From NCBI GenBank assembly GCA_030451825.1, contig JAKDNL010000001.1, positions 1 to 62,806 on the forward strand: a stretch of 62,806 nucleotides of DNA, read 5' to 3'. Below are positions 1 through 9,205 of this stretch, in pieces. Both the position numbers and the translations under genes were made by a program. This DNA comes from Pseudonocardia sp. (lineage in GTDB: Bacteria; Actinomycetota; Actinomycetes; Mycobacteriales; Pseudonocardiaceae). Below the pieces are notes generated by a model. It was not told the DNA's origin, searched no databases, and saw only the letters and a program-made list of their open reading frames with translations. Position 1 is the first letter of the stretch. Every line of letters begins with the position of its first letter.

Positions 1-56
1 TCGATCTCACCCCCGCCGCCTGACGACCCAAGATGAACTTCCGGTGCCACCCACTA
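1..56 (+). mobile_element. Possible right end of an IS630-like insertion sequence (window-truncated)
   Basis: A + frame ends DLTPAA* at 3-23, followed by GATGAACTTCCGGTGCCACCCAC-TA (TA at 55-56). This resembles actinobacterial IS630 ends and TA targets and lies where the adjacent oxidoreductase loses homology. Inference only. Confidence 0.4.
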
Positions 57-276
57 AGGACCGCCAGTCGGTGGAGGTATCGGCGATGCCGAGCCGCTCC
101 GCGACCCGGGACAGCCGCTCGGGCGTGCGCGCGCAGAGCGCGACCGGGTCGAAGCCGTCGGCGGCCCGATAGGCGGGCACCTGGACGTGGGCGCCCCACC
201 CCACCCCCACGACGCCGACGCGCAGCGGGCGGGATCGGTCGGTGGGTCCGGACGTCCCGGTCGTCGCTGTCGGCAT
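7..276 (-). pseudogene. Truncated Gfo/Idh/MocA-family oxidoreductase (N-terminal Rossmann fragment)
   Basis: ATG at 276 with a G-rich RBS; LRVGVVGVGWGAHVQVPAY...VALCARTPERL...STDWRSL, then an unrelated tail and a stop after 89 aa (family members are about 330 aa or more). Confidence 0.75.
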
Positions 277-606
277 CGTCGTCGACCCCCTGGTCCCTGC
301 GGTACGGGCGTGTTCCGGGCCAGATCGTGACAGAGACCACCGGTCCGCCACAACCGTCGGAGATCCATTATCTGACAGTGAAGCTCCGCATGGATCGACC
401 TGTCGACGATCGCCGGAGCCGGCGAAACAACAGCTCAACTCGTCAGGTATCGGATTTCGGGTATGCCATCAGCGAGGACCCTCTTGTGGCGATCACCACA
501 TGTCTGACACTCTCGTCACCGTCTTGCCGGTGCTGGGGCAGCGACCTCGTCGACCGTGGTCCGGCCACCGGCCTCCCCGTCCGGGGACGATCACATCGGA
601 GTGACC

Positions 607-3345
607 ATGGCCCAGCACGTCGTGTTCCTGCTCCTCGGCCTCGGCAACGGGGCGGTGTTCGGTGCCCTCGCACTCGCACTCACCCTGACCTACCGCAGCT
701 CGGGGATCATCAACTTCGCGACCGGCAGCATCGCCCTGCTGGCCGCGTACGTCTACGCCTACCTACGCAAGGGTGAGCTCATCCTGCTGGTCCCGGGCCT
801 GCCGAAGACCGTCGACATCGGCGTGAAGATGCCGATGCTGCCGGCCCTGCTCATCGCCGTGGCGCTCTCCGGGCTGCTCGGGCTCGTCCTGCACCTGGTG
901 GTGTTCCGGCCGCTGCGCGACGCGCCACCGGTCGCCAAGGCGGTGGCCTCGCTCGGTGTCTCGCTCGTGATCACCGCGCTGATCGCCGCGCGGATGGGTA
1001 CCACCGCGATCGCCGTGGCCCCGATCTTCCCGGTCGACCTGTGGCACCTCGGCGCCGTGAAGGTGCCCGGTGACCGGATCTACCTCGCGATACTCGTGGT
1101 CGTGGTCGCCGGGGCCCTCGCGCTGGTGTTCCGCCGGACCCGCTTCGGCCTCGCCACCCGGGCCGCCGCGGAGAGCGAGAAGGGCGCCTTCGTCAGCGGT
1201 GTCTCACCCGACCGCGTCGCCGCCGGCAACTGGGTCATCAGCTCCGCGGTCGCCGGGCTCGCCGGGATCCTGATCGCGCCGATCGTGCCGCTGATCCCGG
1301 TGTCCTACACGCTGTTCATCGTCCCCGCCCTCGCCGCCGCGATCATCGCCCGCTTCCAGAACCTGGTGTGGGCGGTCGCCGCCGGGCTCGCCATCGGCGC
1401 CCTGCAGTCCGAGGTGCAGCTGCTGCAGACCCTGGTCTCGTGGCTGCCGTCCTCCGGCCTGCCCGAGCTGGTGCCGCTGATCCTGATCCTGCTGGTGCTG
1501 GTGGTCCGGGCGCGCCCGCTTCCCGGCCGCGGCGCGCTCATCGTGCAGAACCTCGGCCGCGCCCCGCGGCCACGCCACCTCCTGCTCCCGACGCTGATAC
1601 CGGTGGTGCTCGCGGCCGCCGGGCTGGCGCTGTTCACCGGGGTGCTGCGGGGCGGGTTGATTTCGACGTTCATCTTCGCGATCATCGCCCTGTCGGTGGT
1701 CGTCGTGACCGGCTACGCGGGGCAGGTGTCGTTCGCGCAGCTGCCGCTCGCGGGGGTCGCGGCATTCCTGCTCGCACCGCTGGCGGGCGCGCTCGGCGTC
1801 CCCTTCCCGATCGCCCCGCTACTGGCCGCGCTGGGCGCCACCGTCATCGGCGTCGTGATCGGGCTCCCGGCCCTGCGGATCCGCGGACTGACGGTCGCCG
1901 TGGTGACGTTCGCCCTGGCCTTCGCGCTGGAGGCGCTCTGGTTCCGCAACCTCGCGATCGCCGGGTCCGAGGGCCTGCCGGTCCCCCCGCCGACCCTGTT
2001 CGGCATCGACCTCGGCATCGGGACCGGCGCGGACTTCCCGCGGATCACCTTCGGCGTCGTCTGCCTGGTGGTCCTGGTCGCGGTGGCCCTGGGGGTCGCG
2101 CTGCTGCGCCGGAGCAGGCTGGGATCGCAGATGCTTGCCGTACGGGCCAACGAGCGCTCGGCCGCGGCCGCCGGGGTCGACGTCGTCCGGGTCAAGCTGT
2201 CCGCGTTCGCGATCGGTGCGTTCCTCGCCGGGCTCGGCGGCGCGCTGCTGGCCTACAAGCTCGGCACCGTCACCTTCGACCCGTTCACCGCGATCCTCGG
2301 GCTGACCTTCTTCGGCACGGTCTACCTCGCCGGGACGACGTCGGTGGCCGGCGGCCTGCTGGCCGGCGTCACCGCCGTCAACGGGGTGTTCTATGTGCTC
2401 GTCGGCCAGGTCGTACCGACCGGGCTCTGGTACGAGGTGGTCGCGGCGATCCTGTTGGTGCTCACCGTGGTCCTCAACCCCGAGGGCATCGTCGGGCCCG
2501 CTCACGAGCTGATCGCCAAGCGCCGCGGCCAGACCCGTGCCGCGACCGGATCGGCCGTCGCGCCGACCGCTGTACCCGCCGCGCGGCGGACCCGGCCCAC
2601 CGGCGCCCCGCCGGGCCGGCCCGATCTGTTGTCGGTCCGCGGGCTGACCGTGCGGTACGGCGGGGTGCTCGCCGTCGACGGCATCTCCCTCGACGTCGCG
2701 CAGGGTCACATCGTCGGCATGATCGGCCCGAACGGCGCGGGCAAGACCACGGCGGTCGACGGGATCAGCGGGTTCGCCGGGGCGCAGGGCGCCGTCGTGC
2801 TCGACGGCCGGGAGCTGACCGGGCTACGCCCACACCAGCGGATCCGGGCCGGCCTCGGCCGGACATTCCAGGCGATCGAGCTCTACGAGGACCTGACGGT
2901 GCAGGAGAACGTCTCCGTGGGGCTCACCGCGCGCCAGGACCGCACCGCCACCGACGGCCTCGCCGAGACCCTTGACCTGCTGGGGCTCGCCGAGGTGGCC
3001 GAGCGGCCCGCGGGTGAGCTCTCGCAGGGCCAGCGCCAGCTCGTGTCGATCGCCAGGGCGCTGGTCGGCAGGCCCGCCGTCCTGCTGCTCGACGAGCCGG
3101 CCGGCGGACTGGACACCGTCGAGAGCGCCTGGCTCGGCGAGCGGCTGCGCGACGTCCGCGACAGCGGCGTCACGATCCTGATGATCGAGCACGACATGAG
3201 CCTGGTGCTCGGGCTCTGCGACGAGATCTACGTCCTGGACTTCGGCCAGGCGATCGCGCACGGCACGCCGGCCGAGATCCGGACCCATCCCCGGGTGGCC
3301 GAAGCCTACCTGGGTAGCACCCACGCGGCGGAGGTGACGGCGTGA
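607..3345 (+). CDS. HAAT/Liv-type ABC transporter, fused permease-permease-ATPase (LivH+LivM+LivG-like)
   Basis: Two permease domains (GIINFATG; GYAGQVSFAQ...ALRIRG), then Walker A GPNGAGKT, LSQGQRQ, LLLDEP and the EAYLG end. Confidence 0.93.
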   Translation: MAQHVVFLLLGLGNGAVFGALALALTLTYRSSGIINFATGSIALLAAYVYAYLRKGELILLVPGLPKTVDIGVKMPMLPALLIAVALSGLLGLVLHLVVFRPLRDAPPVAKAVASLGVSLVITALIAARMGTTAIAVAPIFPVDLWHLGAVKVPGDRIYLAILVVVVAGALALVFRRTRFGLATRAAAESEKGAFVSGVSPDRVAAGNWVISSAVAGLAGILIAPIVPLIPVSYTLFIVPALAAAIIARFQNLVWAVAAGLAIGALQSEVQLLQTLVSWLPSSGLPELVPLILILLVLVVRARPLPGRGALIVQNLGRAPRPRHLLLPTLIPVVLAAAGLALFTGVLRGGLISTFIFAIIALSVVVVTGYAGQVSFAQLPLAGVAAFLLAPLAGALGVPFPIAPLLAALGATVIGVVIGLPALRIRGLTVAVVTFALAFALEALWFRNLAIAGSEGLPVPPPTLFGIDLGIGTGADFPRITFGVVCLVVLVAVALGVALLRRSRLGSQMLAVRANERSAAAAGVDVVRVKLSAFAIGAFLAGLGGALLAYKLGTVTFDPFTAILGLTFFGTVYLAGTTSVAGGLLAGVTAVNGVFYVLVGQVVPTGLWYEVVAAILLVLTVVLNPEGIVGPAHELIAKRRGQTRAATGSAVAPTAVPAARRTRPTGAPPGRPDLLSVRGLTVRYGGVLAVDGISLDVAQGHIVGMIGPNGAGKTTAVDGISGFAGAQGAVVLDGRELTGLRPHQRIRAGLGRTFQAIELYEDLTVQENVSVGLTARQDRTATDGLAETLDLLGLAEVAERPAGELSQGQRQLVSIARALVGRPAVLLLDEPAGGLDTVESAWLGERLRDVRDSGVTILMIEHDMSLVLGLCDEIYVLDFGQAIAHGTPAEIRTHPRVAEAYLGSTHAAEVTA

Positions 3346-4124
3346 GCGAGGCGAACGGCACGAGCAGCCCGAACGGAGCAGCAGAGCCGGTCGGGGCCAC
3401 CGCCCCGGGCGGCGGGCCGGTGCTGGAGGTGCGCGGCCTCGAGGCCGGGTACGGACCGATCTCCGTCGTCCGCCCCATGGACCTCTCGGTCGAGGCCGGC
3501 ACGGTGCTGGGGGTGCTGGGCCCCAACGGGTCCGGCAAGACCACCCTGATGCTGACCCTGGCCGGTCTGCTCCCCCGCCTCGGAGGGGATGTGCGGGTCA
3601 ACGGGATGGCGCTGCCCTCCGGGCGGGCCGCCGTCGCCAACCGTGTCGGGCTGGTCCTCGTGCCCGACGACCGGGCGCTCTTCACAGCGCTCGACGTGCG
3701 GGAGAACCTCGCCGTCGCCCGACGGGCCGGGGGGCCCACCGACGACGAGATCGTGGATCTGTTCCCCCCGCTCGCCCCGCGGCTAATGGTTACTGCCGGG
3801 GAGCTCTCGGGCGGCGAGCAGCAGATGCTCGCGGTGGCCAGGGCCCTGGTCCAGCGGCCGCGGGTGCTGCTCATCGACGAGATGAGCATGGGTCTCGCCC
3901 CGGTCGTCGTCGAGGGGCTGCTGCCCGTGGTTCGCCGGATCGCCGACGAGACGGGGGCCGTCGTGCTGCTCGTCGAGCAGCATGTGCAGCTCGCGCTCGA
4001 TGTCGCCGACCGGGCCGTGGTGCTGGTGCACGGCGAGCTCGTGCGCGACGAGGCAGCCGCGGACCTCGCCGCGGACCCCGCCGGGCTCGAGGCTGCCTAC
4101 CTGGGCGCCACCACCCTGTCCTGA
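3342..4124 (+). CDS. HAAT ABC transporter ATP-binding protein (LivF-like)
   Basis: GPNGSGKT, LSGGEQQMLA, IDEMSMGLAP, LVEQH, AAYLG; GTGA overlap with the upstream gene. Confidence 0.93.
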   Translation: MSEANGTSSPNGAAEPVGATAPGGGPVLEVRGLEAGYGPISVVRPMDLSVEAGTVLGVLGPNGSGKTTLMLTLAGLLPRLGGDVRVNGMALPSGRAAVANRVGLVLVPDDRALFTALDVRENLAVARRAGGPTDDEIVDLFPPLAPRLMVTAGELSGGEQQMLAVARALVQRPRVLLIDEMSMGLAPVVVEGLLPVVRRIADETGAVVLLVEQHVQLALDVADRAVVLVHGELVRDEAAADLAADPAGLEAAYLGATTLS

Positions 4125-4185
4125 CCCACCGCGCGTCCCACCCCGGTGCCGTCCGCGGACGGCCCACCACGAAGGAGGTTCCCAC

Positions 4186-5442
4186 ATGAAAGTCCATTTC
4201 GGACGGTCTGCCGGGCTGTTGGCCGCGGCGCTCAGCGCGGTCGTGCTCGCCGCAGGATGCGCGAGCGGCGCGTCGGGCGAAGCCGGCGGCGGTGATACGC
4301 GCGCACTCGGCCCGGAGAAGGCTGCGGCGGGCGAGCCGGTCAAGATCGGCTGGATCAGCACCGGGCAGACACAGGCCAACGACACCACCGACGAGATCCG
4401 CGGGGCGGAGGCCGTCGTCGCCTACGCCAACGCCCGGCTCGGCGGCATCGGCGGGCGCCCGATCGAACTCGTCACCTGCGAGGAGAAGGGCACCCCCGCC
4501 GGCGCCCAGGCCTGCGGCAACCGCATGGTGTCCGAGGGGGTCTCGGCGGTCGCGGCAGGATCGTCGGGTCAGGCCGACCCGTGGATCGAGATCGCCAACG
4601 CCGCCGGTATCCCGGTCGGGATGAACTTCGCCTCGACCGAGCTGGTACTCGACACCCCGAACGTCTTCGTGTTCGGCAACCCCCTGGGCGCACACGGCAC
4701 GCCGGCTGCGTTCGCCCGCGAGAACGGCGCCGCCAGCGCCGCCATGCTCGTCATCGACGTACCGGCCGCAAGCGGTCCCGCCAAGGCCCTCGCCCCCGGC
4801 TTCTTCGCCAACGCGGGCGCCGCGGCCGAGGTCGTCGCCGTCCCGCCGGGCACCGCGGACATGACTCCGCAGGTCCAGGCGGCTCAGGCCAGGAACCCGC
4901 AGATGTACCACATCCTCGGTGACGAGACCTTCTGCACGAGCGCCATCAAGGCGATCCGGACCCTCGGCATCCAGGCGCCGATCACCGCGATCGACCGGTG
5001 CGTGGGACCGAACGGCAGCGCGTCCATCCCGGGCGGCTACGAGAACGTCGAGGCGATCGCCCAGGCCAACACCAACCCGGACGACGGCGAGTTCAAGATC
5101 TACGAGGCGGTCGTCGAGGAGTACGGCCCCGACGGGCTGGAGCTCAACCCGAACTCGGCCAGCGGCTACCAGGGCATGCTGAGCCTCGTGCGGGCCGTGA
5201 ACGCCTCCGGCACCACCGACCTGACGCCGAAGGGGGTGTCCGCGGCGATCGCCTCGGCCCCCGCCGTCGCCTACCCGCTCGGCGGGGGCGGGACGTTCCA
5301 GTGCAACGGCACCGCGGTCCCGGCGATCTCGAAGAACATCTGCTCGAAAACGAGCTTCCTCGCCGACATCACCGAGGACGGCACGCTGACCAGCTTCCGC
5401 ACCCTCGACACCACCGGGATCTACGAGGCGCCGAAGAGCTGA
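4186..5442 (+). CDS. ABC transporter substrate-binding lipoprotein (Liv/PBP6 type)
   Basis: AAGGAGG RBS; lipobox LAAGC; EPVKIG...GGIGGRPIELVTC motif. Confidence 0.9.
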   Translation: MKVHFGRSAGLLAAALSAVVLAAGCASGASGEAGGGDTRALGPEKAAAGEPVKIGWISTGQTQANDTTDEIRGAEAVVAYANARLGGIGGRPIELVTCEEKGTPAGAQACGNRMVSEGVSAVAAGSSGQADPWIEIANAAGIPVGMNFASTELVLDTPNVFVFGNPLGAHGTPAAFARENGAASAAMLVIDVPAASGPAKALAPGFFANAGAAAEVVAVPPGTADMTPQVQAAQARNPQMYHILGDETFCTSAIKAIRTLGIQAPITAIDRCVGPNGSASIPGGYENVEAIAQANTNPDDGEFKIYEAVVEEYGPDGLELNPNSASGYQGMLSLVRAVNASGTTDLTPKGVSAAIASAPAVAYPLGGGGTFQCNGTAVPAISKNICSKTSFLADITEDGTLTSFRTLDTTGIYEAPKS

Positions 5443-5539
5443 GGCCGCGCGGATACCGCCCGACCGCCTGCGCACGGCGTCGACGTGTCGATGTCGCGCG
5501 CAGGTTCCGTGCCGCAGCGCGGCGCGGGAAGACGTCCAC

Positions 5540-6355
5540 TCACGGCAGGGCCACACGCAGGGCGGGGAGCATGTCCTCGGTGACCCCCCACAGCTCCGCC
5601 GTGGTCGCTCCGCCGTCGACCACGAGCGTCTGCCCGGTCGTGCGCGCCGCGAGGTCCGAGCAGAGGAACAGGACCGAGTTCGCGATGTCGATCGTCCGGG
5701 GCGCGGCCAGCGGATTGATCCCGTTCGTCGCGAACTCGTCGACCGGCTGGTCCATGTTGCCCCCTCCGACATTGCCCGGGGCAACCACATTCGCGCGGAT
5801 TCCGTACTTGCCGAACTCGTACGCGAATGTCTTCGCCAGCGAGATCACGCCCGCCTTCGCCGCGCCGTAGGGCCCGTGAAAGGCGGCGGCCACCATGCCG
5901 TCGATCGACGCCAACGCCACCAACGAGCCACCACCGCCCTGCGCGACCATCCGCCTGGCGGCCTCCTGCCACACGAGGAAAACCTGCGTGAGGTTCTCCC
6001 GCAGCTGCTCGTCCCAGGCCTCCGGGGAGATGTCGAGGAGCCCGTTCCAGGTGGCGAGCCCGACGATGTCCACACACCCGTCGACCCCACCGAACTCCGC
6101 GGCCACCTCGTCGAACGCGCGCACAACCTCGTCCCGCTCGCGCACGTCCGCGACGATCGGCAGCGCCTCCCCGCCCGCCTCCCGGACCTCGGCGGCGATC
6201 GCCTTCGCCCGCCCCTCGTCGATGTCCACGCACGCGACCGAGGCACCAGCCGCGCCCAACAGCTGCGCCGACCACCGGCCGTGTCCCGCTCGGATCGGGT
6301 TGTAGCCGGCACCCGCCACGACCACACGCTTCCCCTGCAGTCCCAGATCGATCAC
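5540..6355 (-). CDS. SDR-family oxidoreductase with an atypical glycine-rich loop
   Basis: GTG start behind GAGAGGA; VVVAGAGYNPIRAGHG, YGAAK, IRANVVAPG, TGQTLVVDGG. Confidence 0.88.
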   Translation of the reverse strand: MIDLGLQGKRVVVAGAGYNPIRAGHGRWSAQLLGAAGASVACVDIDEGRAKAIAAEVREAGGEALPIVADVRERDEVVRAFDEVAAEFGGVDGCVDIVGLATWNGLLDISPEAWDEQLRENLTQVFLVWQEAARRMVAQGGGGSLVALASIDGMVAAAFHGPYGAAKAGVISLAKTFAYEFGKYGIRANVVAPGNVGGGNMDQPVDEFATNGINPLAAPRTIDIANSVLFLCSDLAARTTGQTLVVDGGATTAELWGVTEDMLPALRVALP

Positions 6356-6422
6356 TGGACTTCCTCTCATCCGTGACAACCCCGTCGCCGGACCTCAGCG
6401 ATCCCGACGCACACGGCCATTT

Positions 6423-6436
6423 TTCGTCATTACGAA
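6423..6436. promoter_or_regulatory. Candidate IclR operator
   Basis: TTCG-tcatta-CGAA palindrome in the AT-rich spacer between the divergent SDR and IclR genes. Confidence 0.45.
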
Positions 6437-6525
6437 TCTGGTTCTTATTTCTCGGATACCGTTGCGGGGAAATCAACGCATTGTCAAGATGACGTCGACA
6501 TCGGCATCCACATCGAGGTGATGAC

Positions 6526-7461
6526 ATGCCTGCGCCTTCTGCGCGCTCGGCGACCCGGGCCGTCGCCGTACTCGACTACTTCACGACCAATCCCGGACGC
6601 GCCTTCACCCTCTCGGAGCTGTCGGCCGCGGTCGGTGCAAGCCCGTCGTCGCTGTCGTCGGTGCTGCAGGCGCTCCTGGACAAGGGCTATCTCGTGCGGC
6701 ATCCACGCCACAAGACCTATGAGCTCGGACCGGCGCTCGTGGCGGTCGGGCACGCCGCCACCGCCCGGCACCCCGTGGTCGACCTGGCCCGCCCCGAGCT
6801 GGCCCGGCTCGCCACCGAGTTCGATTCCGAGTGCATCGGCAGCGTGGTCCTCGGCGATGACCTGCTCATCCTCGCGGTCGAGGGCCGGGCCACGCAGCGG
6901 ACCCGCGGACTGACCGTCGGTGTCCGCATCCCGTTCATGCCCCCGTTCGGCGAGATCTGGCTCGCCTACGGCGATCTCGGAGACGTCGAACGATGGTGGG
7001 AGCGCGGGTCACACCACCTGGACGGCCCGGTCGGAGCCCCCGACGCCGAGTCCGTCCAGCGCCTGCGGGCAACCCTGGACGAGGTCAGGGGCCGCGGCTA
7101 TGCCGTGGTCCTGCACAGCGAGCGCCTCACGGCGTTCGATGAGGCGATCACCCTGCACAACCGCCGTCCGATCGCGCACGGGTTGCACGAGCGGGTCCGC
7201 GAGCTCGCCGAATCGATCGGCGCGCAGTACGAGCTGCTCAACCGGGACCCCGAGACGACCTACGAGGTCGAGATGATCATCGCTCCGGTCTTCGGCCCCG
7301 ACGGTGCGGTCGTGTTCGCAATCAGCCTGGTGTGCCACGGATCCCGGACCGGTGCCGAGATCGGCCGGATCGCGGACCGGGTGGTCGACACCGGGCTGAG
7401 CCTCACCCGCGCGATCGGCGGCCGCGTCCCGAACGCCGACGACCAGCGAACCGCATCGTGA
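6526..7461 (+). CDS. IclR-family transcriptional regulator
   Basis: N-terminal HTH (FTLSELSAAVG...YELGP) and C-terminal VRGRGYAV...IIAPVFGPDG effector domain. Confidence 0.9.
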   Translation: MPAPSARSATRAVAVLDYFTTNPGRAFTLSELSAAVGASPSSLSSVLQALLDKGYLVRHPRHKTYELGPALVAVGHAATARHPVVDLARPELARLATEFDSECIGSVVLGDDLLILAVEGRATQRTRGLTVGVRIPFMPPFGEIWLAYGDLGDVERWWERGSHHLDGPVGAPDAESVQRLRATLDEVRGRGYAVVLHSERLTAFDEAITLHNRRPIAHGLHERVRELAESIGAQYELLNRDPETTYEVEMIIAPVFGPDGAVVFAISLVCHGSRTGAEIGRIADRVVDTGLSLTRAIGGRVPNADDQRTAS

Positions 7462-8306
7462 ACCGCGGCCCCGACGCCGACCCGGAACTCGCCGCGACCC
7501 GGCTGCGCGCCGACGGGACGACACTGCCGGACTGCCCCGGCGTCACTCTCACGCCCGACGTGTGTCACGGCGTTCCCGTGACGCACTTCCGACCCGACGA
7601 CGTGGACTCCGACGACCGGGTGCTGCTCTGGTTCCACGGCGGCGGCTACCGCCTCGGCTCCGCCCGCGGTTTCGGGCGGTGGAACGCCGGCCTCGCCGCC
7701 CGGTGCGGTGTCGACGTGGTCTCCGTCGACTACCGGCTCGCCCCGGAACATCCCTTCCCCGAGGCGCTGATCGACGCCGTGCTCGCCTACACGGCGGTGG
7801 CGGCATCCAGTCGTCGCGTCGTCGTCGGAGGCGAGTCGGCGGGCGGTGGGCTCGCGGCCGCGCTGCTCCTCGTCCTCGCCGACCGCGACCTCCCGGCGCC
7901 GGTCGGCGGCGTGCTGTGCTCGCCGTGGCTGGACCTGAGCAACTCCTCGACGTCGTTCACCGAGAACGCCTCGACGGACGCGCTCTTCCCCCGAGCCGCG
8001 GCCGACCGGGCGGCCGCCCTCTACCTCGTCGGGCATCCCCCGACCGATCCCTACGCCTCACCCCTGCTCGGGGACTGGGCACTCCAGCCACCGCTGCTGC
8101 TCCAGGCGAGTACCGCGGAGAACCTGCGCGACGACGCCGTCGGGCTGGCCGCGTCGGCGCCCGGCGGGCGGTTGGAGCTCTACGACGGCGTGCCCCACGC
8201 CTGGCACATCGGCTATCCGGAGGCTCCGCGCAGTGTCGAGGCCGCCGAGTCGATCGCGCGTTTCGTGAACGAGATCGCCTGTCCGACGGAGGTTCAGCGA
8301 ACATGA
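7458..8306 (+). CDS. Alpha/beta hydrolase (HSL family IV esterase/lactonase)
   Basis: HGGG, DYRLAPEHPFP, GESAGG, E-x-LRDD, HAW; GTGA overlap with IclR. Confidence 0.9.
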   Translation: MNRGPDADPELAATRLRADGTTLPDCPGVTLTPDVCHGVPVTHFRPDDVDSDDRVLLWFHGGGYRLGSARGFGRWNAGLAARCGVDVVSVDYRLAPEHPFPEALIDAVLAYTAVAASSRRVVVGGESAGGGLAAALLLVLADRDLPAPVGGVLCSPWLDLSNSSTSFTENASTDALFPRAAADRAAALYLVGHPPTDPYASPLLGDWALQPPLLLQASTAENLRDDAVGLAASAPGGRLELYDGVPHAWHIGYPEAPRSVEAAESIARFVNEIACPTEVQRT

Positions 8307-9121
8307 CGACATCCCCTGCGCGCGAGGCGGTCCTGGACGCCTTCGCCCTCGACGGCCGGGCCGCGGTCGTGACCGGTGCGGCGAGCGGCATCGGCCGCGA
8401 GACCGCCGCCGTGTTCGCCCGGGCCGGCGCCGACGTGGTGCTGGCCGACCTGGACGTCGCCGGCCTCGAGGAGACCGCCGGGCTCGTGCGGGAGGCCGGC
8501 CGGACCGCCCTCGTGTGCCCGACCGATGTCTCGGTGCGGTCCGAGGTCGAGGCACTCGCCGACGCCGCCCTGGCCGAGTTCGGACGCCTGGACGTCTGGG
8601 CCAACGTCGCGGGGGTCCTCCGGTACTTTTCCCTCACCGAGGCCGCGGAGACGGAGGTCCGGGCGATGACGGCGGTGAACCAGCTCGGGGTCTACTGGGG
8701 CATCGCGGCGGCGGGGCGGCGGATGGTGGCCGCCGGCCGGGGCGCGATCGTCAACGTCGCCTCGACCGGGGGCGAACTGGGGATCCCCCGGCTGTCCGTC
8801 TACGGCATGACGAAGGCGGCCGTCCTCCATCTCACGAAGACCGCCGCGGCCGAGTTCGGACCGGCCGGGGTGCGGGTGAACGCCGTGGCCCCAGGGTTCG
8901 TCGAGACCCCGATGGTCGCGACCCACTTCACGGACGAGCGAGGCGAGATCGACGAGGCCGCACGCGAGCGGCTCCTCGCGCAACGCGCCGACACGGCGCC
9001 CCTCCGCACGACCGGGACACCCCACGACATCGCGCTCGCCATGCTCTACCTGGCCGGCGACGCGGCGGGCTTCATGACCGGGCAGACGTTGCGGCCCAAC
9101 GGTGGCGTCACCATGTCGTAG
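8303..9121 (+). CDS. SDR-family oxidoreductase
   Basis: TGAASGIG, YGMTK, VRVNAVAPG; ATGA overlap at 8303. Confidence 0.92.
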   Translation: MTTSPAREAVLDAFALDGRAAVVTGAASGIGRETAAVFARAGADVVLADLDVAGLEETAGLVREAGRTALVCPTDVSVRSEVEALADAALAEFGRLDVWANVAGVLRYFSLTEAAETEVRAMTAVNQLGVYWGIAAAGRRMVAAGRGAIVNVASTGGELGIPRLSVYGMTKAAVLHLTKTAAAEFGPAGVRVNAVAPGFVETPMVATHFTDERGEIDEAARERLLAQRADTAPLRTTGTPHDIALAMLYLAGDAAGFMTGQTLRPNGGVTMS

Positions 9122-9205
9122 TCCCCTCCGGTGTGCGGTCGTGACCTGCGCACACGTGTGATCAAAAAGTCAGACAGAACGTCAGAAACTCCTGAGGAGA
9201 CAACG

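Noticed and set aside
7562-9121. Apparent long fusions in the ORF track (also 10708-12525, 43867-45990, 46784-47569, 51831-53897)
   Set aside because: Arg/Pro-rich extensions caused by stop-codon scarcity; internal starts with RBS or ATGA coupling fit better.
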